A stretch of 64,000 nucleotides of DNA from Malacoraja senta (Eukaryota), in contig JAXLNO010005352.1 in assembly GCA_038087875.1 (NCBI GenBank), forward strand, positions 62,001 through 126,000, written 5' to 3'. Below are positions 37,572 through 51,380 of the stretch, in pieces (position 1 is the stretch's first letter; each line of letters starts with the position of its first letter). The notes below the pieces were generated by a model, which worked only from the letters and a program-made list of their open reading frames with translations, searched no databases and was not told where the DNA came from. A program made the translations under genes and the position numbers.

Positions 37572-37881
37572 GGGCAGTCACGGTAGCGCAGTGGTTGAGT
37601 TGCTGCCTTACAGCGAATGCAGCGCCAGAGACCCGGGTTCGATCCCGACTACGGGTGCTGTCTGCACGGAGTTTGTACGTTCCCCCCGTGACCTGCGTGG
37701 GTTTTCTCCGAGATCTTCGGTTTCCTCCCACACTCCAAAGACATACAGATTTGTAGGTTAATTGGCTTGGTAAATGTAAAAATTGTACCTAGTGGGTGTA
37801 GGATAGTGTTAATGTGCAGTCGGCGCGGACCCGGTGGGTCGAAGGGCCTGTGTCCATGCTGTATCTCTGAACTAAACTAAA
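37572..37881 (+). mobile_element. Near full-length tRNA/V-SINE (HE1-like) inserted into a CR1 3' remnant
   Basis: A box tagcgcagtgg, B box ggttcgatccc, V-core, LINE-like tail ending (ctaaa)n. Confidence 0.9.
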
Positions 37882-40129
37882 TTCCTCACGTGTCAGCTCT
37901 CCACACCCCTCCATTCCTCGATCTATCAAATATTTATCCATCTCCACTTCAAATACATCTAATGATTCAGCTTCCACTACCTGCCATGGTAAAGAATTTC
38001 AGAGATTCACCATCCCGTGGTAAAACATTTCTAGACACTTCAATTTTAAATTATTTTGTAGTTATATATTGGTTTATTATGAGTGAAGTACTCTATTGGC
38101 ACGGATATTATAATTCTTTCAGACCTTAATCATCAGCAAGGTGGCAAGTTGTTTCCAGAGCCAAGTGGCCACAACCGATCTCTGCAAGGCATTGTGTTAT
38201 TGATGTATTATAACCAAGAATTAATCTGTCACAAAAGACTCTCTTGGTCTTTCTAACAGAAGTTACAGAAATTTGCTACTATCAGTGCAAACACTACATT
38301 CCCCAACTCGGCGCATGTCGCCAACATGTCGACATGTTCAGTAAGTGTGTACAGCTCAAGGATTGGCAATGGATAGCACTAAGAATTTTATTTATATAAT
38401 AAAAACAATAAACTTTTACAATTATATCCAAATGGCACCACAGGATATTTTTATATGTTCATTCAAGAGTCAAGCAGGTTTACTGTTCTATGTACCAAAA
38501 CAGGACAATGACATTTTCCCATGCAGCAGCATAATAGGGTTATAAACGCTGTACTCGACCGATAAATTAAAAAAAAAAAATTTATTAATAAGACAATCTA
38601 GTGCAAAACAATAAGCCCAAAGCCCCTTGGTTCTACTTAGTGACTTGCAAATTATTTATCATGAAAAACATAGTCCAACTTAGCTTCATTTTAGACTTGG
38701 TTAAATGGGCAACATTCATTTTTAAAATGCTTGAATTACTTTGTTTAAAAAAACAACTTGTTATGTGGATGCCGAGCGAATATATTAAATTCGGCAAAAT
38801 TATTTGGCATTGAAGTAGCAGGTTTGAGAAATGCAGAATGAACCCACATGCTTCTACACTCCTCAGAGACGTCATTGGAGCATGCTGAATCTCTCAAACT
38901 AATGAGGCATCGTCTCAAAGGATTTTTAAAGAGTCTTTAATATTTTAATGCATGTCACAGTTCGTGAGACACAATCTTATACATGATTTGAATTGCCCAG
39001 ATGCAATCTAAGGCATCAATGCAGCAGGGCCGATTTTAATTGCTTGTACAAGAAGCCTCAGGGGCCACTAGCTTTTAACGACAACTTAAATAGATTCACA
39101 CAAGTCATTGGATCACATTATCTATCCACTGTTGAACTCTTCCCAAACATCTAAAACTTTAATTAATACAAATTAGAGTGGAAATATTAATAGGATAGAA
39201 ATATAAAATGAAACGGTTTTGACCCAATCTACTGCCAACTCAACACCATATTAACCGCTCCAACTTAACTAACACCTGTGGCTTTAGTTGCATCTTTAAT
39301 TTATCCAGCTCCTGCTCAAACAAGCCAATTTAAAATCCCTTCAATAGCCATGTTGTAATATATTCAATGTTTTTTAAGTCTATCATTATTTTTAGGCTTC
39401 CGGAGCCAGGCTTACATTACGCCTACTTCTTACTGACTATGACCAGTGGAAATCATCTTTCATTAGCTTCTTTCTCAACCGCTTCCAAAGTGCATCTTTC
39501 CCCCAGCACCATCCTTCTTTTCATGCCGGGATCCTCAAACTGTACACCATCCTCCACTGGGGCTTGAAATAATATCCTTTATTCTGTGCAAGAACATCTC
39601 CCAGCTCTTTATTTACTCTATTTAAATATGAACCCAAGATCTCAGGTCCTTTCTTTGGCTACATTTACTTGTAAACCAATGTAGATATGCAAGTCAATCC
39701 TTGCATCTCTCAAGTCTTCTTCATCAACAATTTTTTTTTAAAGCACTATATTTCCATATTCCATTTTACAAAGTACAACGCTTGGTGTGAGCCAGGTAGC
39801 CAGCTGCTCATTCATGGACAGAGCTTTCTTATAAAATATTATATTACTTTCAAAATGGTGCTGCCTTGTCCTGAATAAGATGGTTCAACAACCCACCAAC
39901 ACATGAAAAACAGCCCGTGGAAAATAATGGAGGGTGACTGTTACCATGTAGAGATTATATCAGGATATGGTTTTAAAGAGAGTAAGGAAATGAAGGGGAG
40001 AGTGTGAGGATACGATTTAGGTTTGTAAACCAATGTAACAAACCTACTTTAACAAAGTGTGAAAAGTTTACTGCTGGGGTTTAAACCTGTGACATTTATG
40101 GCTTAATCCAAAGGCAAGAACAACCAATT

Positions 40130-41620
40130 GGCATATTCACTGAATTGGAAAACAAACAAAACTGCTGGTGTTGGAATCTGAAATTAAACCAAATGCTGGA
40201 AGAACTCAGCCAGTCAAGCAGCATCTGTGGAAAGAGAAACCAGTCAACATTAAAGGTCAGGAACACTTCCTTACAACTGGGGTGGGAGAGTGAAGGGGTG
40301 TTTGTTTTCAAAGCAGAGCTGGGGAAGGAGATGTCAGACAAAACATTACAAGGGACAATAGATCAGATGATAAGGAGAAATAATTCTGACTATCAGGGAG
40401 GCACTTTATAGAAACGAGGTGAGAAAGGAAAATGATAAGATTTAGGAGTAGCTGGTAAATTCATTGTTCATTGCCAGACGGCTGCTAAGTCTCCAGACAG
40501 AAGATAAGATGTTGTTCTAGTTTACTATGGTTGTGGAGGAGGCAGCAGACAGATAGGTCAGAATGGGCATAAGATTGAGATTTAAAGTGACTTGCAACAG
40601 GAAGTTTGATCACCCCTGTGGACTGAGTACAGGGGCCTTGTAAAGTGATCATGCAATCTGCGTCTGGTTTCTCCAGTGTAGAGGAGACCCCATTGTGAAC
40701 AACAAATGCTGTGACTGGATTGGAAGTAAAAGTGAATCGCTGCCTCAAATGGAAGGGAATAGGTGAATGGACATACAGTGCCCTCCATAATGTTTGGGAC
40801 AAAGACCCATCATTTATTTAGGGCACTGTATGTTGCATCGTATCCAGTTGCATGGAAGGTGCCATGGGAAGGGTCATGGTGGTTTAGGATGGTAGAATGG
40901 ACCAGGGAATCATGAAGACAGCAATTCGTGTGAAAGGGAGGCCAGACATTAGAATCTAGAACAAAGATCAAACTACTGCAGGGGTCAGGCAGCCTCTGTG
41001 GAGTTGAAGGGAGGGAAGGAAGAAACAAGGAACTGCAGATGGTGTTTTTGCTCCAGCATTATGTGTCCCATTGAGGTACTCAAGCACTTTGTGTCCGAGT
41101 TGAAGGAATTGTTGATGTTTCAGGTCAAGACCCCGAATTAGGACAGAGTGTAAGGGGGCAGTAGTCAGTAAAAAGGGATGGAAGGGAGGGGTGAGACGGG
41201 GTGTGGCAGGTGACAGGCAGAACCAGCTGAGGTGGGGACTGATGGTGCCAGGTGGGGGAGGGAAGATAGATTTGAGACAGGGCTGGTGGGAGATAGCTGG
41301 AAACAAAGGGAAAAAACTTGCCGGCTGCATCGGGATCCCAATATCATTGTCCCATCATCACCCCTTTCTGCAGGGACTACTCTCTACGTGACACTGGTCC
41401 ATTCATCCCTCCCCACCCACCACTCCCTGCCCCATGGCACATTTCCCTGCAACCATAGGATGGGCAACACTTGGTCACACACCACCTCCCTCACCACCAT
41501 CCAAGGACCTAAACAGCCTTCCAGTAGAGACGAACAATCACATGCAACTCCTCCAACCTCCTCCACCGCACTCAGTGCTCCCAGTGGTGCCGCATCTACA
41601 TGGGAGAGACCAAGTGCTGG
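40130..41620. mobile_element. Penelope-like remnants in both orientations with decayed GIY-YIG endonuclease coding
   Basis: Minus: CCSQWGLLYTGETRRRLHDHF and KLEQHLIFCL. Plus (41370-41615): HGTFPCN...TTIQGPKQ and ctacatgggagagaccaag (YMGETK). Confidence 0.75.
40776..40828. mobile_element. 53-bp Tc1/mariner-type mini-element
   Basis: TA|CAGTGCCCT...AGGGCACTG|TA. Confidence 0.7.
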
Positions 41621-41758
41621 TTCTACTGTTCCTCCAGCAGTTTGTTTTCCGTGGTGCGGTCATGGTGGAGTCGATGGAAATTGTAATTGATAGAACACAG
41701 AATGAGAAAGCTGGTAGGGTGCAGGCCCAAGAAACTCCATGTGTTGTGCTGGGAGAAA

Positions 41759-42048
41759 GGTGTAGGAAGGAACTGCAGATGCTGGTTTAAATGGAAGATG
41801 GACATAAAAAGCATGAGTAACTCATCGGGTCAGACAGCATCTCTGGAGAAAAGGGATAGGTGATTCATAGATACATAGAAAATAGGTGCAGGAGTAGGCC
41901 ATTCGGCCCTTCGAGCCTGCACCGCCATTCAATATGATCATGGCTGATGTTTTGGGTCGAGACCCTTCTTCGTCAACCCGAAATATCACCTATTCGCCTG
42001 AGAAGTTGTTGGACCCGCTTAGTTACTCCAGCTTTTTGTGTCTATCTG
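41759..42048. mobile_element. Fold-back Penelope-derived element with a nested antisense CR1 tail (about 41866-41948)
   Basis: Inverted arms gagtaactc...gggtcgagacc / cccgaaatatcacc...gttactccagc. Confidence 0.7.
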
Positions 42049-42184
42049 GCGAAAGGTGGGTCAGAACAGATGTGCAGGGAGGAAGGGGAAGGGAGCATTA
42101 TAGAGGAAGTCCTCGGTAAAGGAACAAATGTGACAGATGTAGAAACTCAGTGAAATGATTCACTGAATGTGCTGGCTAATAATT

Positions 42185-42480
42185 TATTTACTTTAGTTTA
42201 CTTTAGACATACAGTGTGGAAACAGTCCCTTCAGCCCACTGAGTCCATGCCGACTAGGGATCACCCTGCACACAAGCACTTCCCTATGCACTACGGACAA
42301 TTTTACTAAAGCTAGTTAACCTACCAGCCTGTACATCTTTAGAGTTGGGGGGGGGGGGGGGACTGGAGCATCCGGAGAAAATGTGGTCAAAGGGAGAATG
42401 TACAAACTCTGTACAGACAGCACCAAACTCAGGTCACTGGCGCTGTAAAGCAGCAGCTCCTCTGTGCCACTGTGCTGCCA
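42185..42480 (-). mobile_element. tRNA/V-SINE, degenerate
   Basis: Antisense tail and core. Confidence 0.75.
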
Positions 42481-43629
42481 TTGAAGATTTCCCTTGCAGA
42501 TATTTCCTTGAAAAAGCATATTAAATGAAACACAGTATATTATTGGCCATAAAATAGTACTGTTGTACAGGGTTATGCCTCACTACATTATATTTTCAAT
42601 TTCTCTGGGAGTGACAGAGAAACTGCAAGCATTTATAAAAAAAAGAAAAATCCAGGTTCCGATTCATCCACACACTAGTGTGAAATCTGCCATTCGAGAT
42701 ACCGCAAGCAATACAAATTCACCAGCTTTAGTTTTTATTCCCAGCAAAAGTCACGCACAAGCAGACTGCAATATTTTCTCCACTACAACCATGACCACAC
42801 ATCAAACAAATATTTCACTAGCTGTGAGAAGCTTTGAGAGGTTCTGAAAGGAATGCAAAACGCATGCCTCTAATGTTTTTTTCACAGCAAGTCCCTGATG
42901 TTAGCCAGAGCAAAAGTTTGCATTCTGAAATTGCGCAACACGCATCTTGGTTTGGCGAAGGGCAGTTTTTTTTTGGGTAGGGTGAGGAGGCAGTGGGAGC
43001 AGAAGGGAAAACCATAAACACTGGGCAGAGCTTCCATTACTGATAATCACTCATTGACTTGTGTTTGATAGTTCAGATATGTTAATGTTGGACAGAGAAC
43101 AGGTCTGACCTCTTTGACCTCACACTTCACTATCCCTGCTGCCAAATGGAGAGCAGCTAATTTGGCAGGAGGATGGAGAAAGGCTGGCACCCACTGATGT
43201 CGGTAAGAACCAGGGGTTTCAGGAGCTGGAACGGAAACCAACGGGAGGCTTTGTTGGGTGCGAGTGTGAAAATGTGTTTTCACAACTACTGGCCCACCCA
43301 ATGTCTGTCTGTGCCTGAACCATTGGTTACGATTTTTGTGACTTTGTCAGCAGCTACTGAATGCTGAATGGTTGGTTGCCATTGACCAGTAATTCTCTGA
43401 TCAATGCATAGCTAAACACTGAACCTATTTGTCTTCAGTAATGCTCCCAATATGCCCACACAATGCCAAGCAGAAATTTAACCTCTCTTGTAGAAACTAT
43501 GAACTGTAGATACTGGTTTATGGAAAAAAAGACAAAGTGTTAGAGTAATTCAGCATCTCTGGAGAACATGGGGAGATCACGTTTCGGGTCAGGCCCCTTC
43601 TTCCTGCTCAAATGCTGAAGTCAAATAAC

Positions 43630-44015
43630 CATTGGCGCAGCAGAAGAGTTACTGCCTTACAGCACCAGGGACCCGGGTTCAAAACGGACTATGGATGTCC
43701 TGACTATGTACAGGGTTTGTACGTTCTCCCCAAGGGCGGCACAGTGGTGCAGCGGTAGAGTTGCTGCCTTACAACGCGAGAGACCTGGGTTCGATATTGA
43801 CTACAGGTGCTCGTCTGTACGGAGTTCGTACATTATCCCGGTGATGAGATTTCTCCAGGATCTCCGGTTTCCTCCCACACTCCAAAGACGCACAAGGTTT
43901 GTAGGCTAATAGACTTGGCAAAAATGTAACTTGTCCCTAGTGTGTGTAGGATAGTGTAAGTGTGCGGCGATCACTGGTCGGCGTGGACTTGTTTCACGCT
44001 GTATCTCGAACTTAC
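43630..44015 (+). mobile_element. Two tandem tRNA/V-SINEs (partial head, then a near-full copy from 43734)
   Basis: Two A/B-box heads plus V-core. Confidence 0.85.
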
Positions 44016-46979
44016 ACTGTCAAAGCCCCAGAAACAGAAATCTAATGCCAAGTGAAAACATTTATTTAGATTTTTTTTTTTTAAAGTCACCCTCGTCTAT
44101 TGACAAACCTTTCACCTCAACACTCCAATACTCAACACAGTGGCATGAATAGGAGGTCCAAGTGACGATATAAATGCCGCAGTGTAGCAAACATTACACT
44201 TTTACCACTGGCTCAGGAACATCTGGGGGACAACTAAGTATAATTGGTCATTTAAAAGTTGCACCAACATGTCAGTAAAGCATTGTGGGCCTCTTGCCAA
44301 ATGCATCATTACCAGCAAATGTTTACTAACCATTTATTTTCATTGACAAGCTGCAAATAGCTTCACTTCAAAAGAAAGGCAATTCCCTTCACTGTTAAAA
44401 ATATTTGCAAATATCGAAAGTTCTTCAAAAGAAACGAGCTCGCAGGTCACCAGCGAGGGCATGGGGGGGGGAGGGGGGGGGGAAGAGAGAGAATATGAAT
44501 CAGAGGTCAAAACCATGGAGAAAATGTTTTTATTTCCTGAAGGGTCATTCCTTTCGTACTAACCTCCATTTAGTGGTGATAAAGACAAAGGCAAACCTAC
44601 TGAAAAACCAGACCTCTCAATTCTAAAAAGGTCCCCTCTGGGACCAAGCAACAGATAAGGCCTGGCTAGACAAGACAAAAACAGTGCCTACACAAAATTT
44701 ACAGCCAGTGTCTTTTAACTTTGACTACTTAATACAAGATGGGGCTTATCCTAGTTAGGCACATGAAATTCTGTGATCCAGGATAAAGTTCTGACTGAAA
44801 GCAAAAAGTTAATGCCTTCTGTGCTGTCCAGTTCCTCGTAAGCTCACCATATATTGTCCTGCAACAGTCTAGTGGCTAGCTTGCTGGGGTGAATAAGTGC
44901 CCCAAGCTCATTCTCAGAATACAATAAAGCTGCTGCAATTATGCAGGAAAGAATCCAACCATGCTAGATGGTGACATCTGGGCCATGCCCTTTGACACGC
45001 TTAGAATCTGCCTTGACTAAAGCCTGCTTTTGAAGCAATTGGGAGACTGAGATCTGGGGGGACTGTAAAGGGAGTGGTGACACAACAAAGCCAAAATCAA
45101 GCTGTATGATGTTACAGAGACCTCCTAAAAGGTAGGTTTTCTGACTCACAACAACCAGACTACAGATATTGTTGCATTTGTGAAACCATTGCATATACAT
45201 TTAGGTGCTGACTGTCAGAGTGCAAGTACAACAAAATCCTTGGTCTATTTAAAACATACTGAAACATTTCCACATCTTGCAGTAAAGTTAATATTGCATG
45301 GCTAACTTTAATAAATTGATACCCATAACTGGTTATGTGTCAAATAGATCTAGGAGGTTAAAACTAACATTCAATTCACATTAGCTGCTGCCTACACTCA
45401 GTATTCAATAATCAGTTTGAATCATATTGTTTTTGCATATATGGTGCCTGATGTGTAAACTCCCTGATGCTGCGAATCTCAGGGCTGGAAGCGGAATTCA
45501 GAGGTAGCTTCACAATACAAACCCCCTTCTAAATTCAAACCATTTATCCTGGATCAACAAACTGAAATTTGCAGTCGTAGTGTAAACCAGGTTGGAGAGA
45601 TTTAATTGCTGCTCCTATTGTAAATCCTTCTACTTCTTCATGGTCACCTGATGTTTATGATTTATTTGTGTAATCCTGCCTATCTCAAGCCTTTGTTCTG
45701 CCCCTTTGAAGGCCTTCAGGTCAAACACTCCCCCACCCCACCCCCATCACCCAAAATAAATGGTTCCCTGTCTACTGAACAGTGTTCTTTAGTGGAAGAT
45801 AAAACTGAATCAAGACAGCATTACCAAAAATCATTAAGGGCGGTCAAGAAGTGACAGAATAATTTGCAAGGATATAGGAAACGTACCTAGTGTATGGTAA
45901 TTGAGGACCAGTTAATACTTCAGTATGTAACATGAACCACTGTAAATAAAAGGGAGATTTCTGATTTGTCCAAAACATGCCTTCAGGCCTAAAAATACAT
46001 ATTCTTCCAGAATAAACATGGTCTATTAGTTTTTCATGGGTTAACTACCATTGTGACCTTGTAATAGAAAGAAAACTTACATTTATCAAACTGGTTAAAT
46101 TAAAACAACTTTGCCCAACACACAGGACAAGACTATTGAAACGAGTATTCAAACCCAACAACATAACTTCATTAATTGCAATAGATTTCTCCTCAACAGT
46201 ACCTCTGCTCCGCTGCAGCTGTGACTTATTTATTGGTTCAGCATTAATGATTTAGCACCAGTAAGAAATATTTTTTTGCTTTTCAGAATCTGTCGAGCAT
46301 GTGCCTACCCCTATCTTTTCATTCATTATATTTTATACAGGAATCATTATTAAAGTTTGAGAAACTTAAAAAACATTCATTCTCCAAAAAAATTGCTTCT
46401 GGTATATTGCATTTAATTTTAAATGGCATGATTCAAAATAACAATCAGCAACGTACAGGATGGTATTGGGTCAACTAGTGCAAGAGCAAAATAGTGTTTC
46501 TTTCATTTTGCTCTGAATTCGTAGCAGCCAAAGGATCTGTTCAAACAAGTCAGGGGTCATTGCTGTCACTCTATCATATACCTGGCCTGAAAAAAAAAGG
46601 ACACAAAGTGCTGGAGTAACTCTGTGGGTCAGGCAGCATCCCAGGAGAACATGAATAGGTGACGTTTAGGGTCGCAACCCTTCTTCAGATACAGACCTTT
46701 CATTTTTCTTGCCTAACTGGTTAAAACTGAGCTTTCATTGTCCATGTTCCAATGGGCAGAGAAGACTAACTTTCCTGGTGGCCTAGAAGTAAAGTGCCCA
46801 AGGCTTGCATTGCCTAACTTCTGTATAGATTTAACTCCTAGGTACACAAAAATGCTGGAGAAACTCAGCGGGTGCAGCAGCATCTATGGAGCGAAGGAAA
46901 CGGGTAACGTTTCGGGCCAAAACCCTTCTTCAGACTTAACTCCTACCTGGCTCATTGTTTTGCTCTGCATATTGTTTCA

Positions 46980-47252
46980 CCAGATTCAGGGACAGTTTCT
47001 TCCCACCTGTCATCAGGCAATTGAACCATCGTACCGATAACTACAGAGCAGAACCGAGCTACTATCTCATTGGGGACCCTCAGACTATCTTTGATCGGAC
47101 TTTATCATGCACAAGATGCTATTCATGTTATTCCCTTTATCATCTAACTGTACACTGTGGATGGCTCGATTGTAATCACATATTGCCTTTACGCTGACTG
47201 GTTAGCACGCAACATTAGCTCGATACACATGACAATAAACTAAACTCAAACT
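46980..47252 (+). mobile_element. LINE 3' end (Rex1/Babar-like)
   Basis: RFRDSFFPPVIRQLN C-terminal motif; tail gacaataaactaaactcaaact. Confidence 0.6.
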
Positions 47253-48410
47253 TTGCAAGCTTGGATTTAAGAGAGCAATTTGGAAGAGCAGTGGAGTGTG
47301 AAATATTTTTTATCAGCTCAATTCCAAATAAAAAGTGGATCTATTTAATTTTATATACTCCTTAACATAAAATAGAGAAGAGTACAGCATAGGAACAGGC
47401 CCTTCAGTCAACGGTCGATGTTGACCACAATGCCAATTAGAACTAAATCCAGCAAAGCCAAATGGTCTAGCACATGGTCTAGATCCCTCCATTTCAAGCC
47501 ACTGTGTGCCTATCTAAATGTCTTTTAAACATTGGTCTTGTATCAGCTTCCACCAGTTCCCCTGGCTGTGTATTGCAGGCACCTCTGACTCTACATTTTA
47601 TTTATTATTATTATTATTTTTTTTAAACTGGCCTCAAAAATCTCCTTTAAACTCCCTTCAACCCTCCCCATTTTAATATCCATGGACAGCAATGCCTTGT
47701 TCTATCCCCATAAACAATAAACATTCAGAATTATTTCTCAATTGCTTGCCAATTTGGTTTCGAAATTATTGATCATCTCCATTTCTAGCAAATTCATGGG
47801 CAGCAAGTCCAAGCCATCACCTCTCACTATGTAAAGTTTCTTCTCCACATTCTACACCCCCACCCCGTCTCTCATGTATTTTCTGACTTAAATCTGTGCC
47901 CCCTCATCCTTATATTATCAGCTAAATAGAACAGCTTCCCTTTCTCGATCTTCCTATTACATTTGAATCTCCCCTAAATCTCCATGGCTCCAAGGCAAAT
48001 AGACTAATCATAGTTAAAGTCCTTCATCCCTAAAATCATTAGAGAAAATCTCCCCTTGACCTTTAAGGATTCTCACATGACATCCTAATGTGTGACGGCC
48101 AACATTGGATACCAATATTCCAGTTATGGCACAACCAAAGCTTCGTAAAACTTGAAGATAGTTTCCCTGCCTTTGTGCTCAATACATCTATTAATGAAGC
48201 CCCTGATCCCATGAGTTTTGCTGAACACCCTTTACATACCTCAAGTTTTACAAAGTTTTGGCTGTGCCGTATCAGTCTGAAGAAGGGACTCAACCCAAAA
48301 CATTACCTATCCACCTTCTCCAGAGATGTCGCCTGGCCTGCTGACTTACTCCAGCACAGTGTCATTTTTGTAAACCAGCTACTGCAGTTCCTTGTTTCTA
48401 CCCTCTGAAC

Positions 48411-48785
48411 CAGGTGTGGGGAACCTTTTCATGTTGGAATGCCGCATTAAGTTAGCTGTAATCTAATAAGGCCGCATCCAAGAAACCTCAATTAGAAATA
48501 CTTTAAAATGTACATTATTTTGTTAAAATAGCCCTCATGACTTACTAATGTTTTAATTGTGGCCGTCAGTCAGTCAGGAAGGATTATTTTGTTGAATCTT
48601 CTTTTACTCTTTGGTATTTTAAATACGTTCATTTTAAGATTAAAATAAAAGTAATAAGACGAACAAAAACATATTAACAAAAAAAAAAAGGATTTGTTCT
48701 ACAAAATTTGGATTCATTGAAAAGCCCATACTTAATGGCCTAGAAGGCCGCATGCGGCCTTAAGGCTACAGGTTCCCCACCCCTG
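48411..48785. mobile_element. hAT (Charlie-like) MITE inserted in a CR1 remnant
   Basis: TIRs CAGGTGTGGGGAACCT / AGGTTCCCCACCCCTG; 8-bp TSD ctctgaac / ctctaaac. Confidence 0.88.
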
Positions 48786-49515
48786 CTCTAAACACTTCTT
48801 CCCCATCCCCTCCTCCGTGAATGAGCCATGCACCATGAATTCCCCAGGCCCTCCGGACCTTGAAAACTCTTTAGAATAATTATACCTCTCCCATCCTCTA
48901 CCAAAATGCAACGTTTCACACCTCTCCAAATCTGCCGTTGTTTTTACTTATTCTACCCAGTTTTAAGTTTATTCGCATTATTCTCATTGTTTACCACATC
49001 TCCATAGTTAAGCATCATTAGAACATTTTAAACTTTTTTTCATTATCTTCCAGCAAGGTGGATCGATGCACCCCACTTTCATAATTTAAAAATGAATCCT
49101 CAAATTATCAATGTTAATCTTATGACAACATTTATCTCACAAATTTTTGAACTAGGGTATCAGGTCTCAACAAGTATATGCAAGATTTCTACAGCAAACA
49201 CTAATAATTACAGAATGTGAACTTCAAACAGCAAATAAGGAATTTCATATCTCACCACAAAAAATAAACAAAGGCAATCCAAAAAAAAAAATCAGTATTC
49301 ATAGAGTAATCCAAGACAAGGAGCTACTATGAAAATGAGAACTACGGTTAACAAAATTGGTTTGGAGGCATCTGTGCCACGAGCTACATAACTCAAATGG
49401 AACACTGAAAGAATGGTAACATTTAGTACCAATTAAAAATGTTACATTCATGCCCACATTTTATTGTTACATGCTATGGTTAAAATAAATTGGCTACCAC
49501 ATTACCCACAAGTAA

Positions 49516-50099
49516 AAGGCCTGTCTCACGAGTCTGCGGTCTATGGCGGCGAAACGGGAGGAATCTGCCGCCATAGACCGCGCACTCGTGAGAAAGTACA
49601 ATTCCCGGGCCGTGCGGCGGTGCTAAAATAAAAACGACAATGTCCAAAACAAAATACTCACCACACAACCTCCACCAGTGATGCACGAGTGCGCACGGCC
49701 GCTCGCACGGGCCGCCGCCAGTGTGGGTCGAGCGCCGTGCGTCAAACCTCCTCTGCCACAGCCTCCGCCAGTGACGCACGTGCCGCCGCCAGTGAGGCAC
49801 GTGTGCTGCACGGCCGCAGTCACAGCCACCGCTACAGCGCCGCGATCAGGATGGCCGCCGCCACAGCCGCCGCGGGTGAGTCACGTGCGGCGGGCCGACG
49901 TCATCGCAGTCGGCCCGCCCTTTTTTTACTTACTGCAAGCACGTGGGACCCGCCGTGTTTGAATTAACTCGGCCCCCGCGCAACATCCGTGCGGCGCTCC
50001 GGTGGATAGGCTCGACGCTCTCGCCGTTGCCGCGCGGTCCTCGCTACCAGCGACGCCGCGCTTCACCGCCGATGACCGCAAACAGGTAAGACAGAGCCT
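49516..50099. mobile_element. GC/CpG-rich PIF/Harbinger-like MITE
   Basis: Imperfect 26-bp TIRs (AAGGCCTGTCTCACGAGTCTGCGGTC vs reverse complement AGGCTCTGTCTTACCTGTTTGCGGTC); TAA on both sides. Confidence 0.72.
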
Positions 50100-50656
50100 T
50101 AATAGAATACTTCTGTAGTGTCATCACTCATGTTATGGAGGCAATTGTTGAAGCAACTTGGTGAATTTCCAAGTCTGATAAACCACAAATATATAACTAA
50201 TTTGTTGTTTGATAAGGTAAAATATTGGCCAGGATACCAGACGATATACCAGGCAATATATCATGTTTTTCCATAGGGCAAAATATGAACTGAGGGGAGG
50301 CAAAAAAAAAAAAAAAGTTTTTCAAACTGTACAACACAAAGTTATCTTGGACAGTGAGGTACAAGAATGATCCAGGATATGCTTTTAATTGATAGTGATA
50401 AGTAGGAGTTCTGAAGATTCACAGATCATCAATACAACTGCATGAACACCCCTCTTTCAATAGTAGAGAGGCAGGATGGTGTTTAATATTTAGCAGTAGG
50501 CTGGGACAAATTTCTCCCTTTTGTGCTGATTAAGATTTTCATCTTTGAAAAGACATGCTCAATTCAACTGGAGGATGATGGTTAGGAAATGTTACATGTT
50601 CCGATTTGTCCAAAGCTGACAGTGTTTGTACAGTCACAAAGTGCCATTGATACTGT

Positions 50657-50880
50657 ACAGTCACAGTGGGACAGCGGTAGAGTTCCTGCCTTACAGCAAA
50701 ATGCAGCGCCGGAGACCCGGGTTCGATCCCGACTACGGGCGCTCTCTGTACGGACTTTGTACGTTCTCCCCGTGACCAAGCGTGGGTTTTATCAGAGATC
50801 TTCGGTTTCCTCCCACATTCCAAAGACATACAGGTTTGTAGGTTAATTGGCTTGATAAATGTAAAAAAAATTGTCCAGTA
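50657..50880 (+). mobile_element. tRNA/V-SINE, 3'-truncated
   Basis: Head and core match the 37572 copy. Confidence 0.88.
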
Positions 50881-51085
50881 TAAAATTGTCCAACTTCCAG
50901 TATAGTCCCTGGTGGATTCTTCAGAAGGTACAAGGTACAGAAACCTTCTCTACTTTTAAATAGATTGCTTCCTGACAAACAATACTTGCAATATTTTGCA
51001 GGGATCATAATTTTGCCATTTTAATGTTTTACAAATTATTACTAATTTTATCATAATGAAGTAGCTTTATTCTAGGCAAATATCT

Positions 51086-51380
51086 CAGGCTCAGTGGTAG
51101 AGTTGCCGCCTTACAACAGAGACTTAGGTTTGATTCCGACTATGAGTGCTGTGTACACGGAGTTTGTACGTTCTTCCCGTGACCGTGTGGGATTTCCCCG
51201 TGTGCTCCGGCTTCCTCCCACACTCCAAAGATACACGGGTTTGTAGGAAATTTGGCTTCAGTAAAAATGTTTAAATTGTACCTAGTGTAGGATAGTGTTA
51301 GTACACGGGGATGACTGATCAGCACGGACTCGTTGGGCCAAAGGGCCTGTTTCTGTGCTGTATCTTTAACCTAAACTGAA
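51086..51380 (+). mobile_element. tRNA/V-SINE
   Basis: Head, V-core and tail present. Confidence 0.85.

Noticed and set aside
37572-37650. tRNA genes at the A/B-box motifs (also near 24000, 43740, 50660, 57780)
   Set aside because: They are SINE heads fused to the V-core; no complete cloverleaf.
49480-49967. Overlapping GC-rich ORFs or a gene-promoter CpG island
   Set aside because: Confined within TIR/TAA-bounded MITE sequence; the open frames reflect GC content.
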